Source of the DNA: Octopus sinensis
Taxonomy: Eukaryota
Reading direction: 5' to 3'
Assembly (NCBI RefSeq): GCF_006345805.1
Contig: NC_043011.1
Coordinates: 25,370,464-25,434,463, forward strand
Length of the DNA stretch: 64,000 nucleotides
The first letter of the stretch is position 1. Every line of letters starts with the position of its first letter. Below are positions 26,862 through 40,450 of the stretch, piece by piece. A program made the translations under genes and the position numbers. A model generated the notes under the pieces. The model was not told the DNA's origin, made no database searches, and was given only the letters and a program-made list of their open reading frames with translations.

Positions 26862-26977
26862 CTGTGCATCTCGTTCTGGTAAAATACCTGGAAAGCCATT
26901 TAACAAACACTCTCGAACAGATTCAAATGTCAGGTCTTCTGAGACTTCAGGGTACTTTCTTTTAAATTTAACATGAC
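26862..26977 (-). CDS. Gene 2 exon 2
   Basis: tttttag| acceptor, |gtgaga donor, phase 1-0; HVKFKRKYPEVSEDLTFESVRECLLNGFPGILPERDAQ. Confidence 0.93.
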
Positions 26978-27527
26978 CTAAAAAGGAAAAAGCTTGAATG
27001 ATTATTCTCCCCACAACCAGTTCATGACAGGTGTTAGCATGTTTATGTCCCCTGTAACTTAGCAGTTCAGCAAAAGAGACCTATAGAATAAGTACCATGC
27101 TTGAAAATAAGTCCTGGGGTCAATTTGCTTCAAGGTGATGCCCCATTATGGCCATTATCCAATGTCCAAAACAAGTAAAAGATCAAAGATAAAAGACATT
27201 AGGCAGGACATCTCTCTCACAAGCTAAAGAAGGCCTGGGACTCCAAATTGCCCAGGCAAATCAAACTCAAGCTGTTCATTGCAACTGTCGAATCAGTGCT
27301 GTTATATGGCAGTGAAACATGGACACTGACATATTATCAAATGGGCTAAATGGCTGCAACACAAGGATGCTACAAATGGCCGTAAATGAGAAATGACAGC
27401 ATCACCACCACCACCACCACCACCACCACCATCACCACCACCGCCACTGCCACCGCCACCTCCACCGCCACCACCACTGCCGGCATAAAGATAAAGATGC
27501 ACACACACAAACACGTGTGCATGCACG

Positions 27528-27559
<32 letters not shown>

Positions 27560-29574
27560 TGGTGGGTTTTCACACAGTTTCTGTCTATCAAATTCACACA
27601 TAGAGCATTGGTTGGCATGGGGCTATAATAGAGGACACTTACCCAAGGTGCTGTGCTGTGCAGTGGGACTGAACCTGAAGCCACATGGCTGCAATAACAA
27701 TCCTCTTGTCCCAATAAAAATACTAGTCTGATTATGTCAGTGGTTTCTCTTAAAATTGTTCAGTATTTTTAAAATTATTTTTTAATAGAATTGTTGAGAG
27801 ATGTTTAACATTTCTACTATTAAACTATGACTATAGTGAGATGCTTGAGTCAATAGTGTGCCAGCAAAAAAAAAATAACACAACAAAATATTTCCGTTAT
27901 GCTTCAAGCTAAAATTGTGTCAAACCCAACTTTGCTTTTCAATAGATAAATACCAATCATTATTATAATAATTATTTGAAAATTACTGTTATTGATAATA
28001 AACATTGCCATGAGGACCTATATCTCTAGAGGAGGGAGTCTAGTCCACTGTATTAGTCACTTTTTGAAATGACTTAATCAAAAGAGGAAAGGCAACACAC
28101 TTGTGAGTATTTTCAGAACCTTCAACACAAATTGGACAAAAGGATGAAGGAAGAATTTATCCCCAAACAGATCTCATCTAAATACTTGCAATTGAGTAGA
28201 TTTTGCCTAAGTCACTCAAGAAACAGGTATTAAATGAAGTGTAATAAGGGAAAGACTCTTTATATATTGGAACATAATTTATTTGTTACATAATTAGGAA
28301 TGGTTTTCATGCAATATGATTAACCTTTCGTTACTGTATTTATTTTGAGATGCTCTGTGTTTCTTTCAATTACTTTAAATACAACAAAGAATTTAGTAAG
28401 ATAACTTAGTTATCATTAAGCTAGTGTTGGGGACATAAACTGTGACTAAGGTTTGGTGGAAGGTTTTAATTCAAAACTTATGAAAACAAGACTTTCGTAC
28501 TCAGAGCCAGAGCTGGTTTCAGCCGGGTTGGTAGCGAAAGGGTTAATGGGAACATTCAGATGAAACTGCAATATGATACATACAGAAAGTGTTTGTTAGA
28601 AACTCAACATTTCAGCTAATTTTTACATTTGAAATACATATTCAGGTGTTGTGGTGTGTCTTCTTCAAAGATCATTCCAGGTTGAATATGTAGCTGTGAA
28701 CACAGCTACCAGGAGAGTGTACACCAACTTGACTCAAGATACTCTGAATCTTTGGCACTCAGTTTGGCTGTATTTGTAGGCTTTGCTCATGGAAAGTTCT
28801 AGTCAGACCACCAAAATTATTACCTGAACAATGGCTGTTCATTGGATAAAATGTCAGTTGTGCACATGATTAAACTGTGATTTCTATCTGGCAAAATGTG
28901 GGATCGAATTCAATGCTATAGAAGTAATGGATTAAGTCTAACATCTAAGAAAAGTAATACTTCCTCTGGGTGGGCTAATACACACAGTTCTTGTCCTTTA
29001 AGTTTCACTCATTAGGCTTCAGTTTCCCCTAAGACTATAGTAGAAGACATTTGTCTCTGGTGTCATGCAATGAGATCGAGTCCAGAATCATGTAGTTGGA
29101 AAGCAAATTTCTTGCAGTGTAAAGGACAAAAATGTCTCTTGCCTTGCCTTGGCAAACAACTCCAAAAAGGAATTCAACTGCCTGACTAGAATTTACTGTA
29201 TGGCTCATAGACATTCTCTCTCCTATTGGCCAGTAGACAGAATACCCAAGGACACCCTCCCCCATACTTGCACATTTGTTCTCACTGACTTCTCTTGCAA
29301 AAGAGAGCACACTTAAATCACCTGTTTCATCACGTGACGTCATTTCCCCTCTCACTTCCAGTGCATCATCCCCTATGCTACACTTCTAAACCACACAGCT
29401 ATGCTTGTGCCTGTTCATGTGCATGTGTGTGTGTGTGAGCTTATTTTGTTAACTCAGGAATAATCAAAAACGAAAGAGATCTGAACTCAAAATGCAGAGG
29501 AAAAGCATTAAACAGTTTATCTAGTATTTTACATTTTCAATCACTTTACTTCCTTTGAAACAATGATTATATTG

Positions 29575-29913
29575 CAGTGTGGAAGGTGTTTATAAGTTAT
29601 TTAAGAAACACACAAAAAACCATTAGATTCACTTCAACATTTAAATTTAATTTGCCAAAATATTTTTGTCGCTTTGAGACTGCGACCTGTTCACTGACAA
29701 AATTCCGTGCTGCATGGAATTTTGTCAATGAACAGGTCGCGGTCTCAAAGTGACGAAAATATTTTGACAAGTTAAATTTAAATGTTGAAGTGAATCTAAC
29801 AGTTTTTTTGTGTGTTTCTTAAATGGCTTATAAACACCTTCCACACTGCAATTGTTTTCGTTCCAGCACACGATCTCAGATCAGGTCACTTGCTATGCAA
29901 GTACATCTCCGTA
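29575..29913. mobile_element. Palindromic (foldback) insertion with 13-bp direct flanks; related copy 43868..44120
   Basis: ~135-bp inverted arms centred ~29711, ~60-bp tail, aatgattatattg at 29562-29574 and 29914-29926. Confidence 0.8.
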
Positions 29914-29949
29914 AATGATTATATTGATTTTTTTTTTTACTGCAGAGGA

Positions 29950-30375
29950 GTGTGTTTACTTGATTAAATCACTCAGTTCATGACTGATATTTATTAGCTG
30001 GGGGAGTGGGTACATTTGATTAAATCATTCCAATATATAATTTATAGAAGGAATGTGCATATTTGATTAAATTACCCAAAACACAACTGATATTTATTAG
30101 TTGAGGGAGTGGGTATATTTGATGAGATCACCCCAGTGTATGATTTGTGGATATAATGTTTATATTTCATTAAATCATCCAATACATGACTCATATTTAT
30201 TAGTTGAGGGAATGGATATACTTAATGAAATCATTCCACTTTATGATTGATACTTATTTGCTGGAGGAGTCGATACACATGTTTAAACTGCCCTAGTATA
30301 TGATTAAAACTTATTTGTTGGGGGAGTGTGTATACTTGATTAAATAATCTCAGCACATGAGTGACATTTACTTGA
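29950..30375. repeat. Degenerate ~60-bp minisatellite
   Basis: Recurring ttgattaaatca...tatttattagttgagggagtgg units. Confidence 0.7.
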
Positions 30376-30509
30376 TGAACAATGGGAAGGAGAAAAACTC
30401 AAACCAAGCATAGCACAATTTGAATTCAGATTGTAAATAGACAGAAATATGAATGCTATTTCTAACATTCTGCAGTATTAGACCGGAGTGACATTTTAAA
30501 ATATCTTAC

Positions 30510-30756
30510 TTTTGATCAGCTCAAATGTTCTTTCAACATCAAACTTTTTAGACCTGAGAAATTTGAGGAGGTGGTCATCATCTTCAGTTGGAAAACATGC
30601 CTCTATATTGTTGTCAGATTTAATTAGTTCTCGTATTTGTGTTAAACATTCATCTCGTTTGTCTTTAGTTTCATTTAATTCTGTTTGGGCTCGAGTTTGA
30701 AATTCTTCTGGAAGTGAGGGAAGTTTGCGGAAAATTTGGTCATAGAAGGATTCCAT
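30510..30756 (-). CDS. Gene 2 CRAL-TRIO retinaldehyde-binding protein/clavesin-like, coding exon 1 (CRAL-TRIO N domain)
   Basis: MESFYDQ...AQTELNET...DDDHLLKFLRSKKFDVERTFELIK; tttcag| acceptor 1 nt before ATG, |gtaaga donor, phase 1. Confidence 0.93.
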
Positions 30757-30831
30757 TCTGAAATGATAGACATGTATATATTACTAATTGCATTTATTTA
30801 TTTATCTATAATAATAATAATAATAATAATA

Positions 30832-30859
<28 letters not shown>

Positions 30860-30862
<3 letters not shown>

Positions 30863-31430
30863 TAATTCGTTTATTGGCCACAAGGGCTAACAAAAATCAA
30901 ATAAAACATGTAAGGACAAAATACAAGATGAAAGTTACAAAAGGGTTTTATCTGTTTGAAATGTCCATGTAAAAATGCAAGTTAACGAAAATATAACAAG
31001 TAAAAACTCCCAATGGGGGGAGGCACTTCGAAAGGTTACTTGTGGAAAAACCCATAAAAACCATGGGAGCCTGGTCAAAAAGTGGGTAGCAAGCCCTTTT
31101 CTCCTTTTATATTACCTTTTTTTCTTACAGGTGTATTCTCAGAAGTGGTCCGTTCATAATGGCCATTCTTCTGACATTCACCCACCTTTCAATAAATTTG
31201 CTACGAGACAGCACTTCCCTCTCTACTCTCATCTTCCTTTTCAAGTGAAACTTGAAAAAGTTGATGAGGCCTTGGCCAAAGAGGAAAGTGTCTGACTTTA
31301 GCCCTTTCAAACGGGTCCACCATACCACCTCTTTTGCTACAGCCACTACACAGAGGAAAATTGCCTTGCTCTTCCGGTTAAAGGAGGTCGGCGGGGCAAT
31401 CTTCACTATGGATTCAGCTGAGGTGACACT
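30860..31430 (-). mobile_element. L1/Tx1-like LINE 3' end remnant adjacent to a (TAA)n tract; related decayed copy at ~2460..2760
   Basis: KEVVWWTRLKG...FFKFHLKRKMRVER...FIERW resembles an ORF2 C-terminus; tttattggccacaagggct end shared with 2467. Confidence 0.55.
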
Positions 31431-33071
31431 TGTTTACTGGTCATGCTTTAAGAACTCTGTGAAGAATTCTTGCAGTTCCCAGCAATGCTGATTTTTATAG
31501 GCATTCTACCTTCACACTGGCACTGATCTTTTTCGCATCCAGTGGGGTGCTCTGGAAGTAACACTCCATAACCATCATGTTTACTTGTTTACTCCACTTA
31601 TGTCTTGTATGCAGTTGCTGGATTACAACTGGGCCCACCCTGCTGCACAGTGGGGCACCTGCTGAGTGTGGCACCTGCTGAGTGTGGCACCTTCATTATT
31701 GGTTCCAGTCCTGCTTACACCTTTATTGTCATCAATTTTGCTTGGCATTTTCACTCACAAATGAGGTGTGTTTTTAGGTTACTACCAACCTGTATTTTTA
31801 TCAAGACACCATCTCTATGAAGGTAGTCTACTAAGGTGGCAGGGCCCAATTTTCGATGGTGAAATAAACATTGGGGATGCAAGAGAAACTGTGGGTGGTA
31901 CTCGGAGGTATTGGAAGCTCACTTTCTGAAACTTTTATCTTTTAATCTTTTACTTGCTTCATTCATTTAACTGTGGCCATGCTGGGGCACCACCTTGAAG
32001 GGTTTTAGTCAAACAAATCAACCCCAGGACTTTTTTGTAAGTTTAGAACTTATTCAATCAGTCTCTTTTGCCAGTTACTGGCAAGTTACTGGGATGTAAA
32101 CAAACCAGCACTGGTTGTCAAGTGATGGTGGGGGACAAACACAGACACAAAGACACACACACACACACAATGGGTTTCTTTCAGTTACTGTCGACCAAAT
32201 CCACTCACAAGGCTTTGGTCGGCCCAAGGCTATAGTAGAAGACACTTGCCCAATACGTCATGCAGTGGGACTGAACCTAGAACCATGAAGTTGTGAAGCA
32301 AGTTTCTTACTACACAGCCATGCATTGGAAACGTTCCTATACGATATGCAGGTATCTCAGAGTCATAGTATTTTGCTCCTCTGCTGGAGCTCAACAAAAC
32401 ATATTCAGCAAATCTTTCTCACCTCATTTCATGCCAGCCTTCGCACATAGCTTCCACATTTAGTACCCATGTCTCACTACTATGTGATATCACAGTTTAT
32501 TAGCAATAAGCTTATATTTAATTTATTGTAAAGAGCTTTTCCTAGTTGACCTATAACACTCTATTTATTTGACAAAACTTCAAACCTGAAAGACTTAACC
32601 CATTTCAATACTGGTCTGTTCTGAATTAAACAATAGCAATAACATAAACCCAAGATGTAGAATGTATAAAAAAATTATAAATGACACATTTCACAAAACA
32701 CTCAAACATTAGTACTAATTTTTAAAGTCTTTAATTGCATTTCTATCCATCCATCCACCCACCCAACATGTGTATACATGTGTGTGTGAAATTGTTTGTA
32801 CCTCCTTTGACAGGTAAGAGGGAAATATCCTGTTAAATAAATAGTATGATAAATATCTAGGGAAGGGTGTGGCTATATGGGTGTGTTGCAGGCATGTTGC
32901 ACATCCATACTATGCAGCTTGTGCTAAAATAAAAGCATGAAGTTGTTTGAATAAAAAGTAAATAAACAGAGAAAAACAGTTTCAAAGTCTGATATATCTG
33001 TTTTAGTAATTAAACTGTGGCCATGCTGGGGCATTATCTTGAAGAATTTTTAGTTGAATGAATCGACCCTC

Positions 33072-33484
33072 TTTACTCTTTTACTTGTTTCAGTCATTTG
33101 ACTGTGGCCATGCTAGAGCACCACTTTTAGTCGAGCACATCGACCCCAGGACATATTCTTTGTAAGCCTAGTACTTATTCTATCGGTCTCTTTTATTGAA
33201 CCGCTAAGTTACGGGGACGTAAACACACCAGCATCAGTTGTCAAGTGATGTTGGGGGGACAAACGCAGACACACAAACATACACACACACATATATATAT
33301 ATATACATATACAGATATACAATGGGCTTCTCTCAGTTTCCGTCTACCAAATCCACTCACAAGGCTTTGGTTGGCCTGAGGCTATAGTAGAAGACACTTG
33401 CCCAAGGTGCCACGCAGTGGGACTGAACCCAGAACCGTGTAGTTCATAAGTAAGCTACTTACCACACAGCCACTCCTGTGCCTA
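33072..33484 (-). mobile_element. Second tRNA-derived SINE family with internal microsatellite (other copies ~31940..32320, 33500..33950, 17675..17960, 43615..43770, 45950..46170, 53235..53487)
   Basis: Minus-strand ggagtggctgtgtggtaag...gggttcagtcccactgcgtggcaccttgggcaagtg head and gactgaaacaagtaaaagag tail. Confidence 0.85.
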
Positions 33485-33652
33485 TGTACTTTTGTGTTTT
33501 TGTTTAAGCTGGGTACTTATTCTGTTGGTTTCTTTTGCCAAACTGCTAGGTTACGGAGAAGTAAACACTTCAACACCAGTTGTCAAGTGGTGGTGGTGGT
33601 TTACAGACACAGACACGGATACAAAACTACACACACACACATACTCACGCAA

Positions 33653-33716
<64 letters not shown>

Positions 33717-34359
33717 CGCACACACATACATATGTACACACTCACACACACTCACGCATGCACACACACACACACACACACACACAGAATGAGCTTCTTA
33801 TACAGATTCTGTCTACCAAATCCGCTCACAAAGCTTTGGTTGGCCTGACGCTATAGTAGAAGATACTTGCCCAAGGTGCTACACACTGGGACTGAACCCA
33901 GAACCATGTTGTTGGCAAGCAAGCTTCTTACCACTCAGCCACGCCTGTGACAATTAAAAAAACCCCAAAGAATTTCAAAACTCATAGACTTGTTCAATAG
34001 TCTAATGACTGTTAGGTAAATTAGTAAAACACAGGATGTGTAGAATATAATAAAAGTAACATACCAAGCCAAGTAGCTATTTTCAGTTCCATAAATAAAC
34101 TTTGAAAGTAAGGTGAATCTCTATGAAATGAATATCCACAGCCTTTAGCATCTATTTATTCTGCTGGAATCGCTTATAGAGCAACCATTAGCACTGAAAT
34201 TTGGTTAGTGTCAGCAGTGAGGCTTAAATATATAAAATAGTTATCGCTGTTTAGTGACAGATTATCAAAACGAACTATCAGGACTTGATGTAATTATACA
34301 TGTATATATATTTAGAATTACAGGCACACACACACACACACACAACACACACACACACA

Positions 34360-34420
<61 letters not shown>

Positions 34421-35214
34421 GACTCACACGCACACATACTTAGATATGTGATTGCAAAGATTACAAAAATAAAAAAAAATTTACTAGTTGAAATTGGTAC
34501 TTAATTTAATACATTGCTGTATGCCTAAATATATCTGTGAAACGAAATAATTTTTTTCCTATCTGTGAATATATGCATGTGTGTGTGTGTATACATACAC
34601 ATATATACATATACATGCACACACATATATATATATTTGTGCATATTTGTGCATGTGTATATATATATATACATTATTCATGTATGTATATAATAATAAT
34701 AATTGTGTACAGTGCTCAGGTGCACTACATATCTATGTACATACAACACACACACATACATACGTACATGCATACATACATACATACATACATTCACATA
34801 CATTCACATATACACAGATTTTAAAGTCAAACACTTGCATACACACACATACACACCCCACATACATGTATGCATGCACAGAGAGAAAAACCCATTTTTT
34901 AACTCTATATTATTTACCTATAAAAGCCCAAGTATTAGTGACCTTTGGTGAAAGAGAAGCCATACGCAGTATAGTTTGATGCAGAGAAAGAGACTTTGTT
35001 AAAAGAGCATATCATATGTTGAAGATAAAAACAGAAATGCTATGGAGGAATGTGATAATTCAGTAACTATTCCTCCTTTTCACTCTCTCTATCTTTGCTG
35101 CCTGTTCTATTTATTTACGAACTAGCAGCTGCTAGGTTCCTTTGTTTATCACTTCACTTCAATTAGGAGTCTAGTTTTTATAATCATTTGGCACTCAAGA
35201 GTGTGTGTGTGTGT

Positions 35215-35290
<76 letters not shown>

Positions 35291-36191
35291 TTGCGTGTGT
35301 GTGCGTGCGCGCGCGTGTGTGCTACTGTCACATTTCGAGACTGACTTAGATATTCATTCTTTACTGGGAGGCTGATAAAATAAAGTACTAGTTCAGTACT
35401 GGAAGTACCTTCAAAATTTCTAACTTGTGCCCCGAGTTACAACTTGAATTGTTATCACTGTATAACTGACTTATGTGTTTATGTTGAACAACTGTGGTGT
35501 GTGATGAAAGCAGACACATCCTGCTATCAACTGTAAAGATTGACCCACTGCTTTCCTGTAGTAAAGAAGAGTGACATGCCTTCCTATGCTTGTTGACTAC
35601 AATGAAGGAGTGTTCTGTTGTTCTGTGGCGGATGTGGCTGAAAAGTTTGAAAACTGAGCTTTTTCCCTCACCCATCAAGACCTCATCAATTTCTTCAAGT
35701 ATCCTTTAAAGAGGATGGTGAGGGCTTCCCAACTATATTGTTTTGAGTTCAGTCCCATTGTGTGGCATCTTCAGCAAGTGTCTTTTACTGTAGCCCTGGG
35801 TTAACCAAACCCTTGTGCATAGATTTAGTAGAAACCAAATGATGGTACCTGCTACACACACACACACATGTAAATATATATAGATATGTATGCATGTATA
35901 TATGTTTGTGTGTGTGCATATGTTTGTGTCACCTTGTCTTGATATTGCATGATTGTTGTAAATGAATATTGTTCATTTACAATATTCAGCAAAAACATAT
36001 TTGGCCATGGGGGAATATTACCTGGACTAGAAGTAGGTAAGGGTTGGCAACAGGAAAGGCATCCAGCTGAAGAAAATCTGCCACAGTAAAACCCTGTCCA
36101 ATCCATGCAAGCATTGAAAGGCAAACATTAAAATGCTGATTGTCATAACGAGGAAGATACAATAAAAAATTTGGAAGGATTTAATAATATA

Positions 36192-36408
36192 CGAGGGGCT
36201 GCCGGAAAGTTCCTGGTTTTAAGGGTATCATGAAAGGCCTAGTTGGAGGCCCAACCTTCCAAGTTCTTTTACAGGGCTTAGAAAAACTAAAGGATCACTG
36301 CAATAAGTGTGTGAATCTGAAAAGGGAATATGTTGAATAAAATCATAATTAACTGATCCTCCTGTATTTTCTGTTACCCAAAGCTAGGAACTTTTCGGTA
36401 CCCCCTCG
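36192..36408. mobile_element. Tc1/mariner-derived MITE
   Basis: TA-flanked TIRs cgaggggctgccggaaagttcc / ggaacttttcggtaccccctcg. Confidence 0.8.
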
Positions 36409-37349
36409 TAATTAATTTTTTCATTACTAATCAGATGCTTTGAACTTACCTTTAGCAAAATGTTCTCATAGAAAACTATAATAGGCTTAATATGTTTAAA
36501 TTTATAAATATAAACACACTTTAAAATGATCAGATTTACATCATTAAATCATTGGCAGTTTCAAGCAAGTTGATATCAAAAGGTTTAACCAGGCATTGGT
36601 AAATCACTGATAAAGCACTGTTTTCATTAATCCGGCTCTGATAAGGTAACTATTAGTAACAGTAGAACTTTAATTATACATTTAAGATTTAGTCCATTAT
36701 TTCACAACTGATAAATATCAACCTTCAACCCCATATTAATTTTTCTTTTATTAATCTGGTATAAACAATTCAAGCAGTATTAAATTAAAATATCTAAATG
36801 TGTCTAATACGTAATGTATATATGCTGTTGATAAGCTAGTTATTGCAGTATTTGTCCTGAGAAAGCATCTCTTATTAACGTGTTGTGTTAAAATTACAAT
36901 AAATATTGGAAAGAAATGAAAATTCATCCCAGCAGTGGCCGGTAGGAATGCCAGATGCAGTTTGGCTTTTTATTTTGCCCTTTGCAGGCACATACTGTTT
37001 TTAGCATAGGAGATCCATAAGAGATGTTATTCAGGACAGATATCACAGTAACTGGCCTATCAACAATGTATATACATTAAGTATGATATACAGATAGCTA
37101 TTTTAATTAATACTGTCTCAATTCTGTATATAAGATTAAAAAGAGAAAGAGAGGAAAAGCATTGATACATATATGTATATGTGCGTGCAGATCCACATAT
37201 ATGGAGACAAATGTAGGAGGTTACGGGGGTATGTAAGGTTGCAAGGTCAACCTGTGGTCTGCATAGATATCAGTGGTTAGGAACCCTGTCACTGGATATG
37301 GGGCAGCCAGTGTTGAGGTACAGCCGAATTCTAAGGTGGTAATCTGCGA

Positions 37350-38560
37350 CCTTGATGTCAGAATCATCATGGACGCCAGAAAGTCAATCCTGGTTTACAA
37401 CGGTTCCTTGTGAGTGAAGAAAGAAAGCAGTCCACTGTTTGATATTTCTACAGGAAACTACCATGAGACTAAGATTGCTGACTTCGCTGGGTTATTTATC
37501 TTGGCTACCCACAAGAAACACACACTTCCACATAGGTCAGTTCTTTACAGGGACAACAGCCTGGCAATCTCAAGCCATATGAACAGTCACACCTTGGACA
37601 AATTTAGAAAGGACCTAATAAAAATATTTAAAGAATTGGCCTATCCATAACAGTTTCCCCCAACTTGATCACAGTTGTCCTCCAAGATGTGACCTCAGAC
37701 CTGAAAACAAGCAAGTACTACTGTTACAGAAAGCTGAACGAGGAAACTGTGTATATCAAGAGAAGCTCGAATCACTTCCCCACAGCTGTAAAAAGAAACC
37801 TAGTTTCAGGCATTAGCAGAAGACTGTCTAAGCTTTCAGCTGATAGGGAAATCTGCAACAGGGCTTTCCCCAACTAAAATGACTCAACAGGGAGGAGTGG
37901 ATTTTCTTAGAAATTAGTATATTTGAAGGGAACCTAACCTCCACTCCTGCACCCAAGAGGACCAGAAAGAGAAAGTTAATCTGGTTCAACCCTCTGTTTA
38001 ACCTAGAAGTTTCCACCAACGTAGCTAGGAGCTTCTTGTCATGGAAAAGGATCATCAATATTATAAGCTTTTCAACCCACATTACATCAAGGTGAGCTAC
38101 TCTTGTTTGGATAATGTTGTTTCTAACACTGTATGTTACAACAGATGTAAACATGCACTTGCACAACCTCCAACCCCAACTAGCAATTGCACAAATCCTA
38201 CTAGCTGCCCTTTTGGAGAATCCTGTTTCTCAAGAGCTGTAGTCTACAGAGCCCCCCTCATACTACCTGGTGGCATTACAAGGCACTACATGGGCTTGAC
38301 AACCAATGAATGCAGAATATGCATTTGCTTAGATGCAGGGATAGAGAGAATTCTTTGTCTCACTTCCTCTGGAGACTTCGTGACCTCTGGAATGAACCCC
38401 CAACATCAATGGACTATCATCAACACCTTACTCACCTAGCCCCCACAATTACCTGCTCTATCTTTATGAAAGACTGCATATCCTCCATCAACCTGCAATA
38501 TCTATCAACAAGAAATATGAACTATCTTATTGCTGCTGTTAGAAGTACACCCTCTTGGTG
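37350..38560 (+). mobile_element. Degenerate Penelope-like element (RT + GIY-YIG remnants)
   Basis: Broken frames FDISTGNY...AGLFIL...LYRDNSL (FDVTMG...LYRDDGL-like), IWFNP, LFNPHYIKVSYSC, CPFGESCFSRAVVYRA...YMGLT. Confidence 0.8.
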
Positions 38561-38672
38561 AACTTCAAACCACTGACCACCGACAACCCAAATATATGAT
38601 CTTAAAATTTGGCTACACCTCAACATTAGCTACCCCACATCTGCACACACACACATACACGTATATACATAG

Positions 38673-38764
<92 letters not shown>

Positions 38765-39289
38765 TACACACATATATGTATATATAGATAATGATAAAGA
38801 GAACAGAGATTTTTCAAGTCTATAATTTTAACAACATTCACAGCATTCTTTTCTGGACCTGAGTGAATTTCAACTGCGTCGACTGCACACTGTTGGATAT
38901 GCAACCTGGTCGCATGGTTGGTACAGTTTCATCAGGGTCCTTACTCCCAGCCATTTCGAAGTGGAACTGAAGGAATCAGCAAACTGAATGAATAAAGTGT
39001 TTTTTAGGTGGTATGGGTGCTATTGTTAATAGTTGTAGGAATCTTGACCTAGGGTTCACTTTTACTAAATGTGGTAAGCAAAGCGAACATAGTCCTAAAA
39101 ATAGGTCAAAGTTGGATTGAATGTTTATGTACATTTATTATTACTACTAGAAGTTTACCGTTCCACTCATTTCAAAGAGAATGTTCAATTTTTATTTATT
39201 TTTTTGTTCTTGTCACAATTGTTATTTTAGTAATTTTATTATTATATAAAGTGTAATGTGTTTATTTGAATTATTTAAATGTAAATTTT

Positions 39290-40450
39290 CTTGCATGAAG
39301 GCATCTTAGACTATGTTATTGTCCTGTGTTTATTAGATTAAATGTAGAAGTGAAAATTTCGTACATTTCCTCTACTCATAGGTCGCATCTTTTACCCCTT
39401 TCTGTAAGGTTTAGCCTTACTAATAATATTCCAGCCAATTGAATATATTTTGTAACTATCCTTCAGTGACCAAATTAATTTACTAATGCCAGTATAACTG
39501 TTCTTGTTCTTATTTCTGAAAGAATTTTCATGGTTAGCTACTCTTTGTTTAATAAAACATGAGCTGGCATCGACTCTCTGTCTTCTGACGTAACTTTGCA
39601 CCTGTAAACCACATTTTTAATCTTACATTTAAAATTTAAAGGACATTGTCCATTCCTTGTGCAATCACAGATATTAGCTCTTCTAATTCTATTATTATTT
39701 TCTATGTTGGTTTCATTAAGGGTAATCTCTAACTTATTTTGCCTATTTTCCAGGTTATTTCTTCTATTCCTATTGATGATATTCTGGGTACTTCACTTTT
39801 TATCATTCTAGTTTTCCCTTCCTAGTCTCACGTTTGAATTAGTTATGGTTGATTCCCTTTGATTAGTGCTTCTGCTATAGCTGTTTCTCACACCCTTAGC
39901 TTGGTTAATTATATTAACATTGTTACTATTTATTACTAATCCACTATTTATATTTGAGTTACTACCATTAGTATTCTCAAGGAAATTACTTAACTTACTC
40001 CTGTTGTGTGCTGCTATAATTTGCTTGATGTTCCAGCTATTTGCTATTTATTGGAAAATATTTTTCCAATTTCAGGTAGAACAATTAATTAAGTTGAAAA
40101 GAATTTGCTTTCTGAAGGAACTTATATACCACTTGGCATTTTTAGAGAAATTTTGGTATGGTTGCCTGCAGTTTTAGTTAAGGGTATAGTAAAAGTGCTT
40201 AATCTGTTTCCCTGGATTTTATATTTGGTCCTCTTGTTATTACAGTTGTTAATTATTTGTGTAGTTCCAGTGGACTGATCCAGTTAACTTCTTTATCCAA
40301 GTGCAGCTTATTAATGCTTCAATTACTATTAAGTTTCTTGATACGTTATGTGACCCTAATTCTTTAAAATCGCTACTAACTTTCATATTAGTTGGTATTC
40401 TATAGTTATTTTCCCAGCGTTCGAAATTCCTACCCCCATCTCTCTCCTGA
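39290..40450 (-). mobile_element. Degenerate Penelope-like element (GIY-YIG region)
   Basis: CPLNFKCKIKNVVYRC, IKQRVANHENSFRN...SKLIWSLKD...WNIISKAKPY; many stops; boundaries approximate. Confidence 0.75.
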
